Virus record (IMG/VR): IMGVR_UViG_3300045988_060429
Strand: one strand, 5' to 3'
DNA length: 24,279 bases
Source of the DNA: a virus
Taxonomy: Duplodnaviria > Heunggongvirae > Uroviricota > Caudoviricetes
Every line of letters begins with the position of its first letter. Positions within the stretch are counted from its first letter, which is position 1. Positions 23,388 to 24,279 of the stretch are shown here, piece by piece. The translations under genes were made by a program, and so were the position numbers. The notes under the pieces are model-generated. The model searched no databases and was not told the origin of the DNA. It saw only the letters and a program-made list of their open reading frames with translations.

Positions 23388-24279
23388 ATGACGGTCTCAA
23401 CCGAAGTTGACCACAACGAATACACCGGTAACGGCGCTACGACATCATTTCCGTATACCTTCCGTATTTTCAAAAAATCCGACCTGGTTGTTCAGGTGTC
23501 TGACCTGAACGGGAACGTAACAGAATTGGTTCTGGATACCGGTTATACGGTAACTGGGGCGGGCACTTATAGTGGCGGTTCAGTGGTTCTTCCGTCTCCG
23601 CTTGCTGCTGGCTGGCGAATTACGATAGATCGTGTGCTTGATGTGGTGCAGGAGACAGACCTTCGCAATCAGGGGAAATTTTTCCCCGAAGTGCATGAAG
23701 ATGCCTTTGACTACCTGACGATGCTGATCCAGCAATGTTTTGGGTGGTTCAGACGCGCATTGATGAAACCATCTTTGCTTGCAAAATATTACGATGCAAA
23801 GCAAAACAAAATTTCTAACCTTGCAGATCCATCACTTGAGCAGGATGCTGTAAATAATCGCTCAATGCGTAATTATGTCGATGCTGCAATCGCCGGGGTT
23901 GTTGGTGGTTTTGGTTGGTTTATTCAGTATGGTTCAGGCGCGGTATATAGAACGTTTCAGGATAAGATGCGGGATAACGTTAACGCTCTTGATTTTGTTC
24001 CGTTTGAGCAAAGATATGCTGCATTAAATTTTGAAGTTGATGCGTCTGAATGGTTAATTAATGCGATAAATTCTGGTGCAAGTGTCGTTAGAATACCTGC
24101 AGGTAAATGGATGATTTCTAAGAACATAGATGTGCCTCCTGGAGTGTCTTTAATTGGTGATGGCATTGATTATTGGGATACATATAGACCAGCGCCTGAA
24201 AGATTATTAAAAAGTTGGAGTAAAGGAACCCATCTTGTATTTACTGGTGATGGAGAAAAAAACAAATATTTTTTTAACA
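23388..24279 (+). CDS. tailspike/tail fibre, N-terminal part (runs off the window end)
   Basis: ATG 7 nt after GGAG, open with no stop to the window end (297 codons). The N-terminus MTVSTEVDHNEYTGNGATTSFPYTFRIFKKSDLVVQV resembles the conserved particle-binding N-terminus of epsilon15/phiV10-type tailspikes (memory). From about residue 190 the sequence turns AT-rich. Confidence 0.7.
   Translation, partial: MTVSTEVDHNEYTGNGATTSFPYTFRIFKKSDLVVQVSDLNGNVTELVLDTGYTVTGAGTYSGGSVVLPSPLAAGWRITIDRVLDVVQETDLRNQGKFFPEVHEDAFDYLTMLIQQCFGWFRRALMKPSLLAKYYDAKQNKISNLADPSLEQDAVNNRSMRNYVDAAIAGVVGGFGWFIQYGSGAVYRTFQDKMRDNVNALDFVPFEQRYAALNFEVDASEWLINAINSGASVVRIPAGKWMISKNIDVPPGVSLIGDGIDYWDTYRPAPERLLKSWSKGTHLVFTGDGEKNKYFFN

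Noticed and set aside
1-24279. CRISPR array, IS element/transposase, integrase or att site, lysis cassette
   Set aside because: No regularly spaced repeats, no transposase- or integrase-like ORFs, and no holin/endolysin-like ORFs were seen. The region before terS carries DUF551/ASCH/Cys-rich genes instead of lysis genes.

Overview
This window looks like the late (virion-morphogenesis) region of a temperate podovirus-type prophage in an enterobacterial host. All family names are from reading the translations and from memory; no searches were run. Plus strand, in order: three small accessory genes (DUF551-like, ASCH-like, Cys-rich), terminase small and large subunits, a T7-type portal/connector gene interrupted by one in-frame TAG, scaffold, major capsid, three small head genes, gp11/gp12-like tail tubular proteins, and four internal-core/ejection proteins. 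The window ends inside a tailspike gene. Protein sizes and gene order resemble epsilon15/phiV10-like phages (moderate confidence). Two minus-strand insertions interrupt the operon: a tRNA-Arg(UCU) with a 118-aa gene (3547-4178), and a 3.4-kb accessory island (19950-23387) between the last ejection-protein gene and the tailspike. The island holds six independently terminated genes, including a Bro-N protein and a small paralog of its C-terminal domain sitting behind a near-consensus LexA box. Two repeated motif families are unexplained by the genes: a perfect 12-bp palindrome GTGACATGTCAC (three copies, each beside a terminator hairpin) and a dyad TTACC-N5-GGTAA (five copies, each at the head of a transcription unit). 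No CRISPR array, IS element, integrase or rRNA was seen.
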